Assembly: GCA_043228905.1 (NCBI GenBank)
Contig: JBHGNT010000004.1
Coordinates: forward strand, 3,906,001 to 3,970,000
Length of the DNA stretch: 64,000 bases
Direction: 5' to 3'
From: Azolla caroliniana
Taxonomy: Eukaryota; Plantae; Polypodiophyta
Shown here: positions 62,668 through 64,000 of the stretch, in pieces
How positions within the stretch are numbered: the stretch's first letter is position 1
Layout of the letters: every line of letters starts with the position of its first letter
The notes under the pieces: generated by a model
Databases searched by the model: none
What the model was told of the DNA's origin: nothing
The model's input: the letters and a program-made list of their open reading frames with translations, nothing else
Translations under genes and position numbers: made by a program

Positions 62668-64000
62668 CCGTGGGCATAAATAATTTGCCAATTTGTGGAG
62701 GAAGTGGGTATATACCATGAGCATTTAACTATCCATAATATATTATGTTTTAACAATTATTGCTTTCAAGGCAACAATGTTTGAAATTGTTTAATTAGAG
62801 AGCCCTAGAGTATAGAGAATATAATAATTCTTTGGTAATAGAGGTGATGGCAACTGCAACGATATTACATTGGGATGGAAAAGAAAGTCTCAACTCATAG
62901 TTCAATTGAATGGCAAGGCTTGGCTTGGAAACAGTGGAAGATTTCGTTCTAGAGTCACATAGGAAAATGATGACCTTTCAAATAGTCCGAAGTAAGTTTT
63001 GCATACCACATGGATATGGGTATATTTGGCAATCAATATTGGCATTGCCTAGTCTAGATTTCCCAAATAGTGATTGCTCTCTCTCTCTCAATAAAGGATG
63101 TTAGTTAACAACACACATAAGAAGAATAAAGGAAAATAACAACTTCTTATTATAATAGAGTATTTAGCACATATAAAAAAAGTGGTGTGCTTAGGGTTTT
63201 GAGTAATTACCTCTTAACCCTAAGTATTTTTAACTCAAATGGAAGATTAGAGGGATAGAGTGAGAGCTCTTAACAGTCTAATGAAAGGCGAAAACCCAAG
63301 AATGTTCAATGGAGAAGAGCTACAAAAGTCACAAAAGAGTGGCTTATATAGCATTTTACAAAGGGGTGGGTTAATTTTACACTAACGTGTCCACTGACGA
63401 CAAACCTTTCTATCAAAATTTACTATATCCCCCTTTTCCCTAATGTCTTGTTGACATTGGTGTCTCTTTGTTGGTGCCTTTGTGTCCACAACATGTGCCT
63501 CGAATGGCAGATACTTAACAAATTCAAGCATCATTAACATGCAGTTTTCTGTCACCTTTTAAATGAGGTTTCATTGATGGTACTAGAGCTCTACCCACCC
63601 CCATCATATCAAGAGGTGTTTGACAACCGTAGGTATCGGGGGGGGGGGGGGGGGGGGGATGTGGTATAGTGTATAATTGGAGCATGAGAAATGGGTTCCT
63701 ATTTGATGAACTTCGTGGGATACCACGACAACTCTATAGGTTGAAAGGAAGGCTGATTTGGCAATTTTCGCAACTATGATGTATGGGGAATGAGGTCTCG
63801 AGAAGAGGTAGGTTTACACTATCTAGCATTACAACACTTAGAGAGGGTTTAGCGTGCAGTAGACATTCGGTTAAGTGTGTGCCCACTTAAGTGCACCATT
63901 CTATTAAATGCACTTTTTATAGAGGTCAAAATCCAGATAAAAAAAATTACATTGTTTCATGACGAAATTACATTAAACCAAATTGAAACTATGCTCTAAA

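Larger units (their letters stand above)
59500..63000 (+). mobile_element. Decayed L1-like LINE RT, interrupted by nested insertions
   Basis: GFVEGRDILH..LDIKKAHDHVSWSFL...MGFG and RQECPLSPLLFA motifs. The sequence resumes after 60656 and after 62671 (STQ|PWA rejoins). Confidence 0.75.

Overview
Eukaryotic land-plant nuclear DNA. It looks fern-like, which I infer from the gene and transposon styles; the species is not determined. Five host genes are supported: an intronless EXORDIUM/PHI-1 gene (+), a DREB2-type AP2/ERF (+), an 8-exon TFIIIA (-), an 11-exon CDPK-related kinase (CRK, -) and a PLS-class PPR-E gene (-). They sit among heavily nested transposons: two full-length Ty1/copia elements with TSDs, three hAT MITEs with 8-bp TSDs, solo LTRs, and LINE and gypsy remnants. 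There are three main highlights. (1) A TFIIIA intron holds a 5S-rRNA-derived cassette exon that keeps the helix IV/loop E/helix V arm with compensatory substitutions; it corresponds to the known P5SM autoregulatory switch. (2) This TFIIIA has a duplicated first finger and a triplicated, degenerating finger exon. (3) A three-copy family of non-coding TGTCGTGAA...TTCACGACA elements carries an internal tRNA-derived (Pol III A/B box) module, and two copies have 4-bp GC-rich TSDs. All alignments, folds and exon boundaries were done by eye and no database searches were run.
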